DNA of 63,427 bases, filler included, from Welwitschia mirabilis (Eukaryota): NCBI GenBank assembly GCA_051453625.1. It is 7 parts of one record of this genome, joined end to end, with 100 filler letters (N's around TTAATTAATTAA, not from the genome) between each part and the next. Parts side by side here need not be neighbours in the genome. Positions count along the whole stretch, not along the records: positions 7,144 to 27,763 come from JBOZIK010000001.1; 6 more parts are not named here. The stretch is one strand, 5' to 3'. Below, piece after piece: positions 13,880 to 26,156 of this stretch. Made by a program: the position numbers and the translations under genes. The stretch's first letter is position 1. Each line of letters starts with the position of its first letter. Under the pieces are notes generated by a model. It was not told where the DNA came from, did no database searches, and worked only from the letters and a program-made list of their open reading frames with translations.

Positions 13880-14674
13880 TATTAGACAACAACGTGTTCT
13901 AAGTATCAAAACATCAAAACACTCTTATATAAAAGTGTCAAAATACTTTAGGAGATTATGTAATCTCTCCTACTTAGTTAGCAATCTATTAGGAATTAGT
14001 TAAGATTGTTTAAGTTATTTCTATTTATATTATGGTAAGAAGTGACTATCTTGATATGAAAAGTGAAGACCCAAAATATTGTATTTATTTATTAATCTTT
14101 CACTTTGGAAGATGTACAAAAAATTACATTATTATCTCTTTATATTTTAAGTGTTATTGCATTTGACTTTTAATATTTTAAGCTTTGAAAATCTTTTTAT
14201 TAATTTTCTTTGCACTCTCTAAGATTTACTGCTTTTGTNNNNNNNNNNNNNNNNNNNNNNNNNNNNNNNNNNNNNNNNNNNNNNNNNNNNNNNNNNNNNN
14301 NNNNNNNNNNNNNNNNNNNNNNNNNNNNNNNNNNNNNNAAACACTCTTATATAAAAGTGTCAATATCCTTTAGGAGATTATGTAATCTCTCCTACTTAGT
14401 TTTCATTCTATTAGGAAATAGTTAAGATTGTTTAAGTTATTTCTATTTATATTATGATAAGAAGTGACTATCTTAATATGAAAAGTGAAGACCCAAAATA
14501 TTGTATTTATTTATTAATCTTCCACTTTAGAATATGTACAAAAAATTACATTATTATCTCTTTATATTTTAAGTGTTACGGCATTTGAATTTTAATATTT
14601 TAAGCTTTGAAAATCTTTGTATCAATTTTATTTGCACTCTCTAAGATTTACTACTTTTGTAGTAAATACCAACA
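13880..14674 (+). repeat. 3' LTR of the copia element, present as two overlapping copies across a 100-N gap (13880-14238, 14339-14674)
   Basis: Homologous to 7734-8038; ends ACCAACA followed by the TSD. Confidence 0.88.
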
Positions 14675-17600
14675 CTTACTACTTTGTCCATAGAGTCATC
14701 ATCACTAATGAGGATGACTTCATAAGAAGAACACCTTGCACTACTTGGCTTTTTTATGCAACCTTATAACTGTGTAGGATCCCCTTGCACTTATTTTCCT
14801 ACATCTACAGCTAGAGTATCCCCAAGGGGCTCCTTCTTAGAAGGGACCCTTTTAGAAGAGACCCCATCTTCTTCACTCATAGGCTTAGCACTCTTCTTGC
14901 TGAGATAGCCAAATCATTTCTCTACACTTGAGCTAGAAACCCTCTTGATATCCACTTCTTCTACCAAGTAAAATTAAAATTACACCCTCTAACATTAGCA
15001 TTGATTTGTGCCCTTTCTCATTTAACCTGTTGACCCTAGGCATTACCATGTAGTTGAGGATAAGGAGGGAGGTTTGAATTTGTATAGAAATTGATTAAAT
15101 AATAAAATAGACTAGAATTTATATTTCCTAGCCTCTTCTTTAATGTTTTTACTAAGCAGAATGGGATATTAACTCTTTGTCTTTCATGAAAAGAGTAAGA
15201 AGAAAAGAAAAATACAATTCTTTCAACTTTGAATGGTTACCATCCTTAACTAAATACCTATCCAAAACTTATGCTACCATGTATTAGCGCTCATGCACCT
15301 CTAAATTTTTAATGTAGATATATGATATTTTTGGGCTCCTCCTTTTAAAGAACCTATATGCATATGGATACAGCACCACTGAAGGAAAAAGTAAATCTCC
15401 TTCTTCAGTTACTCAAAGGGCTTAAGCAATCAGGTTTGAAGAAATCTCTACTTTCTTCTTCTAATATTTGTCCTTTCATTAACTATTACTTTACTCCTAA
15501 TAAATTTTAAATCCATACATAAGAAAACAAAGGGCTCTCACCCAATATTAATGATGCACTATTAAATCTTAGGGTTCTTCCTAAGCATTAAATCATTTAA
15601 ATGCTCATTCTAGGGATTCTTCCCCATTCTTCCTACTGATAGAGTACTATCTATTCAATATCTGATTCTCCAAAACATATAATGGATTTAAGGCTGCTTG
15701 CCTTAAAAAATGAGTTAATTTTGGTAACCCAAATATACCATAGAGGGACTTCTAAGAAGCATCCTATAGTATTAATCATTATAGTATTCTTTTTAACTTA
15801 ATCCTAACNNNNNNNNNNNNNNNNNNNNNNNNNNNNNNATTTTAGGACATGTCACATGCTATACAAGATATGAACAATGCCATAGAATCCTATCACACCT
15901 TTATAAAGGAAAATTTTTTGTAAGATATAAAGATTCATTTATTTTGTTGAATTAACTAGCTTATGTGGTCCTTGCTAAATGTCTAATTCATTTATCATAA
16001 TAATTATAGGATAAGGAGTCTGGCTTATTAGTTGATATAAGGGCTTCTTAATTATAGATTATAGAAAGAGGATTGTTGATCTTACATGTTTATTATGCTA
16101 GTNNNNNNNNNNNNNNNNNNNNNNNNNNNNNNNNNNNNNNNNNNNNNNNNNNNNNNNNNNNNNNNNNNNNNNNNNNNNNNNNNNNNNNNNNNNNNNNNNN
16201 NNNNNNNNNNNNNNNNNNNNNNNNNNNNNNNNNNNNNNNNNNNNNNNNNNNNNNNNNNNNNNNNNNNNNNNNNNNNNNNNNNNNNNNNNNNNNNNNNNNN
16301 NNNNNNNNNNNNNNNNNNNNNNNNNNNNNNNNNNNNNNNNNNNNNNNNNNNNNNNNNNNNNNNNNNNNNNNNNNNNNNNNNNNNNNNNNNNNNNNNNNNN
16401 NNNNNNNNNNNNNNNNNNNNNNNNNNNNNNNNNNNNNNNNNNNNNNNNNNNNNNNNNNNNNNNNNNNNNNNNNNNNNNNNNNNNNNNNNNNNNNNNNNNN
16501 NNNNNNNNNNNNNNNNNNNNNNNNNNNNNNNNNNNNNNNNNNNNNNNNNNNNNNNNNNNNNNNNNNNNNNNNNNNNNNNNNNNNNNNNNNNNNNNNNNNN
16601 NNNNNNNNNNNNNNNNNNNNNNNNNNNNNNNNNNNNNNNNNNNNNNNNNNNNNNNNNNNNNNNNNNNNNNNNNNNNNNNNNNNNNNNNNNNNNNNNNNNN
16701 NNNNNNNNNNNNNNNNNNNNNNNNNNNNNNNNNNNNNNNNNNNNNNNNNNNNNNNNNNNNNNNNNNNNNNNNNNNNNNNNNNNNNNNNNNNNNNNNNNNN
16801 NNNNNNNNNNNNNNNNNNNNNNNNNNNNNNNNNNNNNNNNNNNNNNNNNNNNNNNNNNNNNNNNNNNNNNNNNNNNNNNNNNNNNNNNNNNNNNNNNNNN
16901 NNNNNNNNNNNNNNNNNNNNNNNNNNNNNNNNNNNNNNNNNNNNNNNNNNNNNNNNNNNNNNNNNNNNNNNNNNNNNNNNNNNNNNNNNNNNNNNNNNNN
17001 NNNNNNNNNNNNNNNNNNNNNNNNNNNNNNNNNNNNNNNNNNNNNNNNNNNNNNNNNNNNNNNNNNNNNNNNNNNNNNNNNNNNNNNNNATATATTATAT
17101 TGGGAAAAATGAAGAAAGTAGTAAGACATGCTAGAAATTAGATGATATGCTAAATAATACTGATTTTTAAATATTTTTAATTATTCTAGTTTATTTTCAG
17201 CTACATAAATAAGAGAAAATAAAAATAATATTATTCTTTTAAGTAATAGAACATGCACATAATGATACTTAAATATGCTTTTCAACTTTATATTGAAATA
17301 TTAATTGTTACATAAAGATGCACTAAGTCTTATGTCATCCTTTTTAGGTAATATTTTGGAGTATGAAAAATTTTGTTGTTTCCTTTGCAAGATAGCTAGA
17401 GCTCTCTTNNNNNNNNNNNNNNNNNNNNNNNNNNNNNNNNNNNNNNNNNNNNNNNNNNNNNNNNNNNNNNNNNNNNNNNNNNNNNNNNNNNNNNNNNNNN
17501 NNNNNNNNTTCCTTGACCTTCTTGCTTAGTCTATTCCTATAATGTTTTGCTAAAAAGATTCCCATCTTTAATGGTAATCCCGTTATTATACCCTTGTTTG

Positions 17601-19770
17601 TTTTTATATTTACATTCTTTTCTCCTTAGAAATAGATATATGGTTAGGGTTATTAGAGCTTTTTTTCTACCTCAACCTTCTCTCTTATCTTCATGTCACA
17701 TGGCATCCTATACCTAAAACACAATAATAAAATATACATACTAACCTACTANNNNNNNNNNNNNNNNNNNNNNNNNNNNNNNNNNNNNNNNNNNNNNNNN
17801 NNNNNNNNNNNNNNNNNNNNNNNNNNNNNNNNNNNNNNNNNNNNNNNNNNNCTTGACCTTTTTGCTTAGTATATTCCTATAATTTTTTGCTAAAAAGATT
17901 CCCATCTTTAGTGGTGATCCCGTTATTATACCCTTGTTTGTTTTTCTATTTACATTCTTTTCTCCTTAGAAATAGATATATGGTTAGGATTATTAGTGCT
18001 TTTTTGCTACCTCAACCTTCTCTCTTATCTTCATGTCACATGGCATCCTATACCTAAAGCATAATAATAAAATATACCTACTAACCTACTAACATACTAA
18101 CTAACTAATCTATTGATTAGTAAGTATACTGATNNNNNNNNNNNNNNNNNNNNNNNNNNNNNNNNNNNNNNNNNNNNNNNNNNNNNNNNNNNNNNNNNNN
18201 NNNNNNNNNNNNNNNNNNNNNNNNNNNNNNNNNACCTTCTCTCTTATCTTCATGTCACATGGCATCCTATACCTAAAACACAATAATAAAATATACATAC
18301 TAACCTACTAACATACTAACTAACTAATCTATTGATTAGTAAGTATACTGATAAATAAAAACATCTATTATTATTTAAAATGCATAATTAATATAATTCA
18401 AACACTTCATTAATAAGTAAGAATTACATAAAAATTTATCGTCTTCAGTTCCCCCAAGCTCAAGGTTTTGTTAGTTCATTAACAAATAAACATATACAAA
18501 AGAGAGAAATAGATTCAGATTAGGGATGCTTATAACACTAAATTTTTAAAGGATGGATCATCCTTAGTACATTCATAGTACAAGAAGCTTAGCAAAGTAG
18601 AAGTTCAAATTTTTGAACTGCAATTTTAGTGCTTTACAGCTATCCTTACTTTCTAAAATTAAAATTAGCACTTTCAATCTAGACAACTGCATAAATGTGA
18701 GTATGATTCTCTTGGATTACATTGATCACTTTATATTCTATAGACCATGAATTTCTTACACAAAATTCATGAAGTATTTACAAGAACTCCTCATTAAGTA
18801 GATTCCTTTTGAAAATGTAACTTGGTTTCTTTGATTACTTTTACCTCTTTATCTCTTAGGAGCTTTTCTCCTATCAAAAAAACCTATTTTCTATATTTAC
18901 TTTGTCTAAATCTTTATTAATCTACTCCCTATAAAGTACCATTTTCATTCAAATGGAGCAAAGATCCATTTCCTAAGATATTTTATTTAGCTTTTCAAGA
19001 TAATCTTTTTACTTAAAACTTAGCTCAGAAAATTTCTTCTATAAATACCTAAGCTTATCATAGTAAGGTGGTCACTTTTCTTATGAAGAGGGTTTGATGA
19101 GGGTTGTAGAGAACTTTTTAATTATTAATGAAACCCAACGAACCCATTGTGATAACTTATATTCCTACTAAGAGTTCTCTTTGATATCCTTCTTTTTGAT
19201 ATCCTAGTCCACTTCCCAGAAGCTCTGATACTAGATGTTAGAGTTTGTCTTAAAAATTTTACATGAAGCTATCTTGTCATGCTTCTAAAAGCATGATAAA
19301 ACATAATAAAGCATGAAAATATAGGAGAATGTGAAATGTAAAAGTTACAATCCTAACTCCTACTTAATATAGTTAAAAACTTATAGTTGCATTAGTTACA
19401 CACAATCAAGAAGTAAATACAATCATGAACTAAAATTAAATCAAATGGGAATGGATATTTTTTGTACTCTAATGATGCTAAGAAAAAAAATCTGAATTAC
19501 ATGTTGATAAGGTATAAATTAAAAATATTTATTANNNNNNNNNNNNNNNNNNNNNNNNNNNNNNNNNNNNNNNNNNNNNNNNNNNNNNNNNNNNNNNNNN
19601 NNNNNNNNNNNNNNNNNNNNNNNNNNNNNNNNNNCTACTAACATACTAACTAACTAATCTATTGATTAGTCAGTATACTGATAAAGAAAAAATCTATTAT
19701 TATTTAAAATGCATAATTGATATAATTCAAACACTTCATTAATAAGTAAGAATTACATAAAAATTTATCC

Positions 19771-19790
19771 TCATCAGTTCCCCCAAGCTC
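19771..19790 (-). promoter_or_regulatory. Polypurine tract / 3' LTR start of a minus-strand gypsy-like element (duplicate at ~18432-18460)
   Basis: + strand CATCAGTTCCCCCAAGCT; the reverse complement AGCTTGGGGGAAC-TGATG is a PPT followed by a TG LTR start. Confidence 0.55.
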
Positions 19791-20550
19791 AAGGTTTTGT
19801 TAGTTCATTAATAAACAAACATATACAAAAGAGAGAAATAGATTCAAATTAGGGATGCTTATAAGATTAAATTTTTAAAGGATGGATCATCCTTAGTACA
19901 TTCATAGTACAAGAAGCTTAACAAAGTAGAATTTCAAATTTTTGAACTGCAATTTTAGTGATTTACAGCTATCCTTACTTTCTAAAATTAAAATTAGCAC
20001 TTTTAATCTAGATAACTGCATAAATGTGAGCATGATTCTCTTGGATTACATTGATCACTTTATATTCTATAGACCATGAATTTCTTACACAAAATTCATG
20101 AAGTTTTTACAAGAACTCCTCATTAAGTGGATTCCTTTCAAAAATCTAACTTGGTTTCTTTGATTACTTTTACCTCTTTGTCTCTTACGAGCTTTTCTCC
20201 TATCAAAAAAACCTATTTCCTATATTTAATTTGTCTAAATATTTATTAATCTACTCCCTAGAAAGTACCATTTCCATTAAAATGGAGCAAATATCCATTT
20301 TCTAAGATATTTTATTTAGCTTTTCAAGATAATCTTTTTACTTAAAACTCAGCTCAGAAAATTTCTTCTATAAATACCTAAGCTTATCATAGTAAGGTGG
20401 TTAATTTTCTTATGAAGAGGGTTTGATGAGGGTTGTATAGGACTTTTTAATTATTAATGAAAGCCAATGAACCCATTGTGATAACTGATCTTCCTACTAA
20501 GAGTTCTCTTTGATATCCTTCTTTTTGATATCCTAGTCCACTTTTCAAAA

Positions 20551-20570
20551 GCTCTGATACTAGATGTTAG
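20551..20570 (-). promoter_or_regulatory. iMet-type PBS and 5' LTR end of a minus-strand LTR element (duplicate at 19222-19241)
   Basis: + strand GCTCTGATACTAGATGTTAG; reverse complement CTAACA-TC-TAGTATCAGAGC. Confidence 0.65.
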
Positions 20571-23405
20571 AGTTTGCCTTAAAACTTTTACATGAAGCTA
20601 TCTTACCATGCTTCTAAAAGCATGATAAAATATAATAGAGCATGAAAATATAGGAGAATGTGAAATGTGAAAGTTACAATCCTGACTCCTACTTAATATA
20701 GTTAAAAACTTATAGTTGCATTAGTTGCACATAATCAAGAAGTAAATACAACCATGAACTAAAATTAAACCAAATGGGAATGGATCTTTTTTGTACTCTA
20801 ATGATGCTAAGAAAAAAAATCTGAATTACATGTTGATAAGGTATAAATTAAAAATATTTATTAAGTTAAAACTAAGATAATAGATGCTAACATGGTTGGG
20901 ATGATGTAAAACTAACATTACAATGAGGATCATCGAGAATAAGTAGGGATTATCAAGAATGAGTTTAGGTGAAATTCTAGAGAAATCAAAAGACATACTT
21001 AAGTGGTAACTACTCTTTGAAATATCAAGTTTAATAAGGATTGTTAAAAACTCTTGATTTCTTGACAAGGGCTGTCATATCTATTATGGAGCTAGTTAAA
21101 AGAGTTCTAAGATGGTCATTGAGAACTCTTGAGTTTTCAACAAGGTCATTTGATTATGATCACCATCATTATGAAAGCAATTAATAATAAAAAGCACATG
21201 ATAGAGTTATAGGGGAAAGTTAAGAGGGATCATCAAGAACAAGACTTTTCTCTTTTAGAAGCAAGTTTGAAGAGATAAGATTGACTTGAAATCTAATCCA
21301 AAGCTTTGGCTTTTGGCTGGTGTCAGTTAACTTTTAGAACTTACACTACGATAGTGTAGCTTAACATTTAATTCAAAGTTATGAATTTGAATCATTGTTA
21401 GTCAACTAAGTGTTCTTTATTTTTACTTATAGGATGAAGAACTAATTAGATTAGCTTAAAATCCAACTTGAAGTTTTGACTTCAAGTTAGTATTAATTAG
21501 TCACGTGATCTTATGTGATTATAGGTATTTTAAACATAAGAAAATAAATAAGTTGGCATGATATCTGACTCAAAGTTTTAACTTTGTTGATGTCAGCCAA
21601 AAGAATTTAAATTCTTATCATAATGGTTTGATCTAAAATCTGAGTCAAAGTTTTAGCTTTGGGTTGGCTTTAATCAACCAATTGATCTTTGATTTCAAGG
21701 CCTACTTCATGATGATATTCTATTGAAATAAAAACATTGGTAACTTTTATTTCTTATTCTTCCTTGAACCAAAATAAAAGAAAGTCTTTTTTGAGTTATT
21801 AAGTGTGGCCTAAAAAGTCTTCTCTTAATAAAAAATTATTTGTAGGGCTTTTAGTAATTTCTTAGCAATGTAGCTTATGTTGACAAAGATTAATGGATTT
21901 CTAAAATGGCATGTAACTTAGAAAACCTAAACTAATCATAAATCAATCTGAAGTTCTAACTTTAGATTGAACCTTGGTCTATTTGGGATTCCTTAATTCT
22001 AGACTTACTTTAAGATTGATGCTGATGCTTGGCACACTTTAGCTATTGGTAAAATAGGTATATTACTTTTACATAATCTTTTACTTCAAGATTGAACACT
22101 TTTAAACTAGGTGACTTAATATGAATTATACTTATTAAGCATAATAGTAAGACTTTATGCTATAAATCTCATTCCTTACATGCTAATCATTCATTATTAT
22201 TTACTTAAGATTTAGAATTTCTTCACTTAATCATTTTTCAATTCTTCTCATCTTTTCTTTGTGAATCCTCATGGTTTGCACTCCTCCTTCTTCTTCTCTT
22301 GTTATCTTTGTCATTAAGAAGGTAAAACATTATTTTTTCAACTTGGATTACACATAGATAGATATGTGCATTAGTGGTGTAGATCCCTAGTCACCTCAAA
22401 TCTCTGTTAGGTCTAAAAACATGGTATAATAGTTTTCATACTATGATTACAAATCAACTATTAAGGTCTTAGGTACCTTATATTCCTTCATTAGTAAGGC
22501 TAACAGAGATTTTTTTTAAAGCGGTATCATTCCTCTAAGTTTTAATCCCATGATCCATTACTTGGTGGATGAGTATCTGAGGATAAGAACTAAAGAACTT
22601 CATTAGCAATACAATTATGGGCATTTAGCTTGTGATGTTTCTTTTGGCTAGCTAGCTAAGTAGATGGAAGTACTAGAGAAAATGTTTAATCAGCTTTAAA
22701 GCATAAATCCTATCCTTAGTCTTATTGCATTGAGTTTTGATAAGGAAAATATAGAGAAGAAAATATGGGATGCTAAACCTTATCAAAACTTTTGGTGAGC
22801 CCATCTAGAGGAGATTAATATGCTATCTAAATTTCTAAGAGAGATGCATCTAATGCCCTCCAAATGAGACTTCTATAGGATCATCTAATAAGACTAGGAA
22901 TTCTCAAAGGAGAAATAAGTTTTCTGGCTACTTCAAAAATTAAGTTGCTTTAGTTGCTGATTTATTTACTTAGTAAGTTAAGAAATGTTTTCGCCCTTAT
23001 TCCTGTAACTAGATGTAATAAAACATTTTGCTTAATAAATTTTTTATTTCAAATAATATTGTCTTATGTTATTTTTATTTTATTATGTACATCAATTCCA
23101 TTAAAGGAAATTTAAACTAAACAATTTATTAAATTATTAAGATAATGTGAAATGATTCTAAAACTTTGAAAATTTCCCTTAGCTCAAACAAAATTTAATG
23201 ATTGTACATGATATTGAATTAAAAATATTTGGATATACATTCTATCATAGAATAGAATATCTTTCTTCTCTTTGTTTTCTCTATTAATCTTTCCTTTTTT
23301 AATATAAGTTATGATAGAATCATAATTTTGGTAACTAAATATATCTTAGATGATTCCTGGGGTATAAATATTCCTCAACTTTTTATTTTTTACAACTTAA
23401 GTTAA

Positions 23406-23589
23406 CCACAATGAGGAGAGTGCAACCACTATCAGTAAGGACCCATAGAATATATATTTATATTTTTTTTATATATCTAGATCATTGCTAACTGATCCCT
23501 CAATGCAGTTCTCATAGCTACCATATTATATTATCAAAGGCCCCTCCTAGAAATATTTGCCCTAGTGAATTTGTGATAGAACATCGTGG
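23406..23589. ncRNA. Putative structured RNA motif, copy A of 5
   Basis: Shares GAGTGCAACCACT, AACTGA-CCC, GCTACCA, AAAGGCCCCTC and GAACATCGTGG blocks with copies at 44665, 45625, 54173 and 59132; terminal CCACAATG/CATCGTGG complementarity. Confidence 0.45.
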
Positions 23590-25165
23590 TTTATTTTATT
23601 CCTCTCTTATATAAACACACACACACCCAGCCACCCACCATAGAAGGTATTTTGTTTTGTGATGGAATATGTCTTATTAAATTTTTTAATAAAGATAATG
23701 CATAATTCCCTATTAAAGACTTAATAGATTAGCTTCTTGCTATATAATTATTACATTTACTTTAAATAATANNNNNNNNNNNNNNNNNNNNNNNNNNNNN
23801 NNNNNNNNNNNNNNNNNNNNNNNNNNNNNNNNNNNNNNNNNNNNNNNNNNNNNNNNNNNNNNNNNNNNNNNATAATTCCCTATTGAAGACTTAATAGGTT
23901 AGCTTCTTGCTATATAATTATTACATTTACTTTAAATAATCTAGTAAATTGGTAGCCTAAATAAGCTTTAAAGAAATAACATGTCCTTTATTATCTAATC
24001 TTGGAATTTATTTTATAGGTAGAGTGAAAGTATTCTTTTGATCTTATTAGGGTTTTTCAAAATAATTTAGCACTAATTTATGATCATACTACATTCTTCC
24101 TTTTTACCTATTAACTTGGTAGGTTTTTTTNNNNNNNNNNNNNNNNNNNNNNNNNNNNNNNNNNNNNNNNNNNNNNNNNNNNNNNNNNNNNNNNNNNNNN
24201 NNNNNNNNNNNNNNNNNNNNNNNNNNNNNNGTTTTTATAAATAATTTATCACTAATTTATGATCATACTACATTCTTCCTTTTTACATATTAACTTGGTA
24301 GGTTTTTTTCATTAGGATTGTTCTATGGCTCTATTTCCTAGAAATTTTGTTATGGTATAGGGTCCCTATTAATTTTGTTCATATTTCTATTTTGAATGGA
24401 TTTTCTTAGGTCATAAATTAATATAGACACTTTCACATTAAAATGTATTTCACTATTTCTATTATCATGATACATTTTAGTTTTTTTCTATGTAAGTTCT
24501 TTATGCAGAAGTGCTTCTTTTCTATTTTCATATAAAACATTCATGTTTACTATTGTCACATCCATATTTCTTCAAGTTCAAAGATTTATCTTAAAAAATT
24601 AATTAAAGTAATTTTATTCTTATAGAGTCCTCAAGGTAGTNNNNNNNNNNTGCATGTATTTATTTTCTAGTTTCTTATGGTCCAAATTTTATTGTAAAAA
24701 TTTCATATACTAATCTCTCATATTTTGTAGTAGTCATAATGTTTCCTTTATTGAAAAATTTTTATGATTGATTCTTGTGGTTTAATTATTATAACTACTA
24801 CTACACTTTATCTATTTTAACTAGAAAATAGCTTTTATGTAGTTTTCGATTGCATCATAATCATTGTTATATTTTTTGAGATATAAATACACCTAGTGGC
24901 CTAGTAAGGAATGAAATGATGATTATTTAATCTTTATCAACTTTTGCCACCTTGAGCATCCTCCTTTATGATGTTTCATCTTCATATTCTTGTAATCCTT
25001 CACATTCCATAAAACCTCAGTTATAAATAGGACCCTTCTTCCTCCTTCTCCTTACATTTATTTCTAAAGAAGCCTTCACTACTAAAGCTTGGAACTTGGA
25101 TAAGCCTTTGAACTTTGAGCCTTTGAATCTTTAGAAGTTCTCAAATCTTTGTTTTTATTCAGGGA

Positions 25166-25279
25166 TGGTTTATGGTTATCAATTCTTTTCTTGGATGGTT
25201 TATGATTCTTCAATTTCTTTCTTGTATGGTTTTTATGATCTTTATTTAATTCTTGTATGGTTTTTATGGTTTTCATTTC
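25166..25279. repeat. Degenerate ~31-bp tandem repeat (about 3.5 units) in LTR-like sequence downstream of TATAAATA (25022)
   Basis: ATGGTTT(TT)ATG...TTCTTG unit repeated. Confidence 0.7.
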
Positions 25280-25592
25280 ATTCCTGTATGATTCTAGTTC
25301 ATTCTTACTTCCTTATTGGTCATTGTCTTATAAGTAATCCTTTTTCATATATCTATTGTATCTAACTTTCTTAAAAATATTGGTAATAAAGTTAGATGTA
25401 TGTAATGTTGATACTAAATAGATGCATTCCTAGATAGAAATCTTAGCTTCTACTACTTCTACTTAATGAGATTTTATTTGAATATAAATTTAAGTTGTTT
25501 TGTTAAGGGTTTATGTTCTGTTAATATACCTTTCTCATACTTCTCTTAATGTCTTTGTTTCTTATGATCTTATGAAAATGGGTATTTGACAT

Positions 25593-25956
25593 ATCATCGA
25601 ATGAGGTAGTGGGATGTAAGAATCAATAGATTGCAAAATGAGGTAGTGAAATTAATTGATTAATTAAATCGTAGATCATTAAATGAGGAAGTAGTCTTCA
25701 TAAATTATCAAATGAGGTAGTGGAGTGAAGAATATGAAAATATTATATGNNNNNNNNNNNNNNNNNNNNNNNNNNNNNNNNNNNNNNNNNNNNNNNNNNN
25801 NNNNNNNNNNNNNNNNNNNNNNNNNNNNNNNNNNNNNNNNNNNNNNNNNGATCACCAAATGAGGCAGTAGTCTTCATAAATTATCAAATAAGGTAGTGGA
25901 GTGAAGAATATAAAAATATTATATGATATCTACAGATCTTCAAATGAGGTAGTGGA
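25593..25956. repeat. Array of short direct repeats (consensus ATCAYCRAATGAGGYAGTGG) with variable spacers
   Basis: ATGAGGTAGT-like cores at ~25601, 25638, 25683, 25712, 25859, 25888 and 25943; the 25859 and 25888 units duplicate 25683 and 25712 across the gap. Confidence 0.8.
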
Positions 25957-26156
25957 AGGAATTAAAATTATATAGAAATTTATAAACTGGTTATTCTTAT
26001 TTCATGATCACAAGATCATCATCCTTGTAACAAGTTTCACCTTTAAAGTTCCTATTTTTGTCTTACCTATCTTAAGGTGTGGAAAACTCCTTGCCTAAGA
26101 CGTTATCATGGATCATACTAGAAACTGTGAAGGTTACAATTATCACAACATGCTTG

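Larger units (their letters stand above)
7734..14674 (+). mobile_element. Full-length decayed Ty1/copia LTR retrotransposon with 5-bp TSD CTTAC
   Basis: 5' LTR 7734-8038 (TATTAG...CCAACA), PBS TGGTATTAGAG 8039-8049, domain order gag-PR-INT-RT-RH, purine tract before 13880, 3' LTR from 13880 to CCAACA at 14674. CTTAC flanks both ends (7729-7733 and 14675-14679). Confidence 0.93.
17509..20862. repeat. Serial near-identical duplications across 100-N gaps (17509-17752, 17852-18133, 18234-19534, 19635-20862)
   Basis: The same LTR-retrotransposon sequence restarts after each gap with only scattered substitutions. Confidence 0.85.

Noticed and set aside
16073-17141. Long ORFs in the ORF track (also 2954-3937, 36830-37660, 43611-44451, 51970-53127, 56778-57905)
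   Set aside because: Almost entirely X residues from N gaps; not real ORFs.
23409-23487. Apparent compensatory pair CAATGA/TCATTG in motif copy A
   Set aside because: Better explained by CpG decay of ancestral CCACGAT in a shifted register, so it was not counted as covariation.
25601-25612. let-7-like TGAGGTAGT
   Set aside because: Only a 9-nt match, no precursor hairpin, plant context, and probably produced by deamination of TGAGGCGGT.
25593-25956. CRISPR array
   Set aside because: Eukaryotic TE context, no cas genes, short degenerate repeats and irregular spacer lengths.
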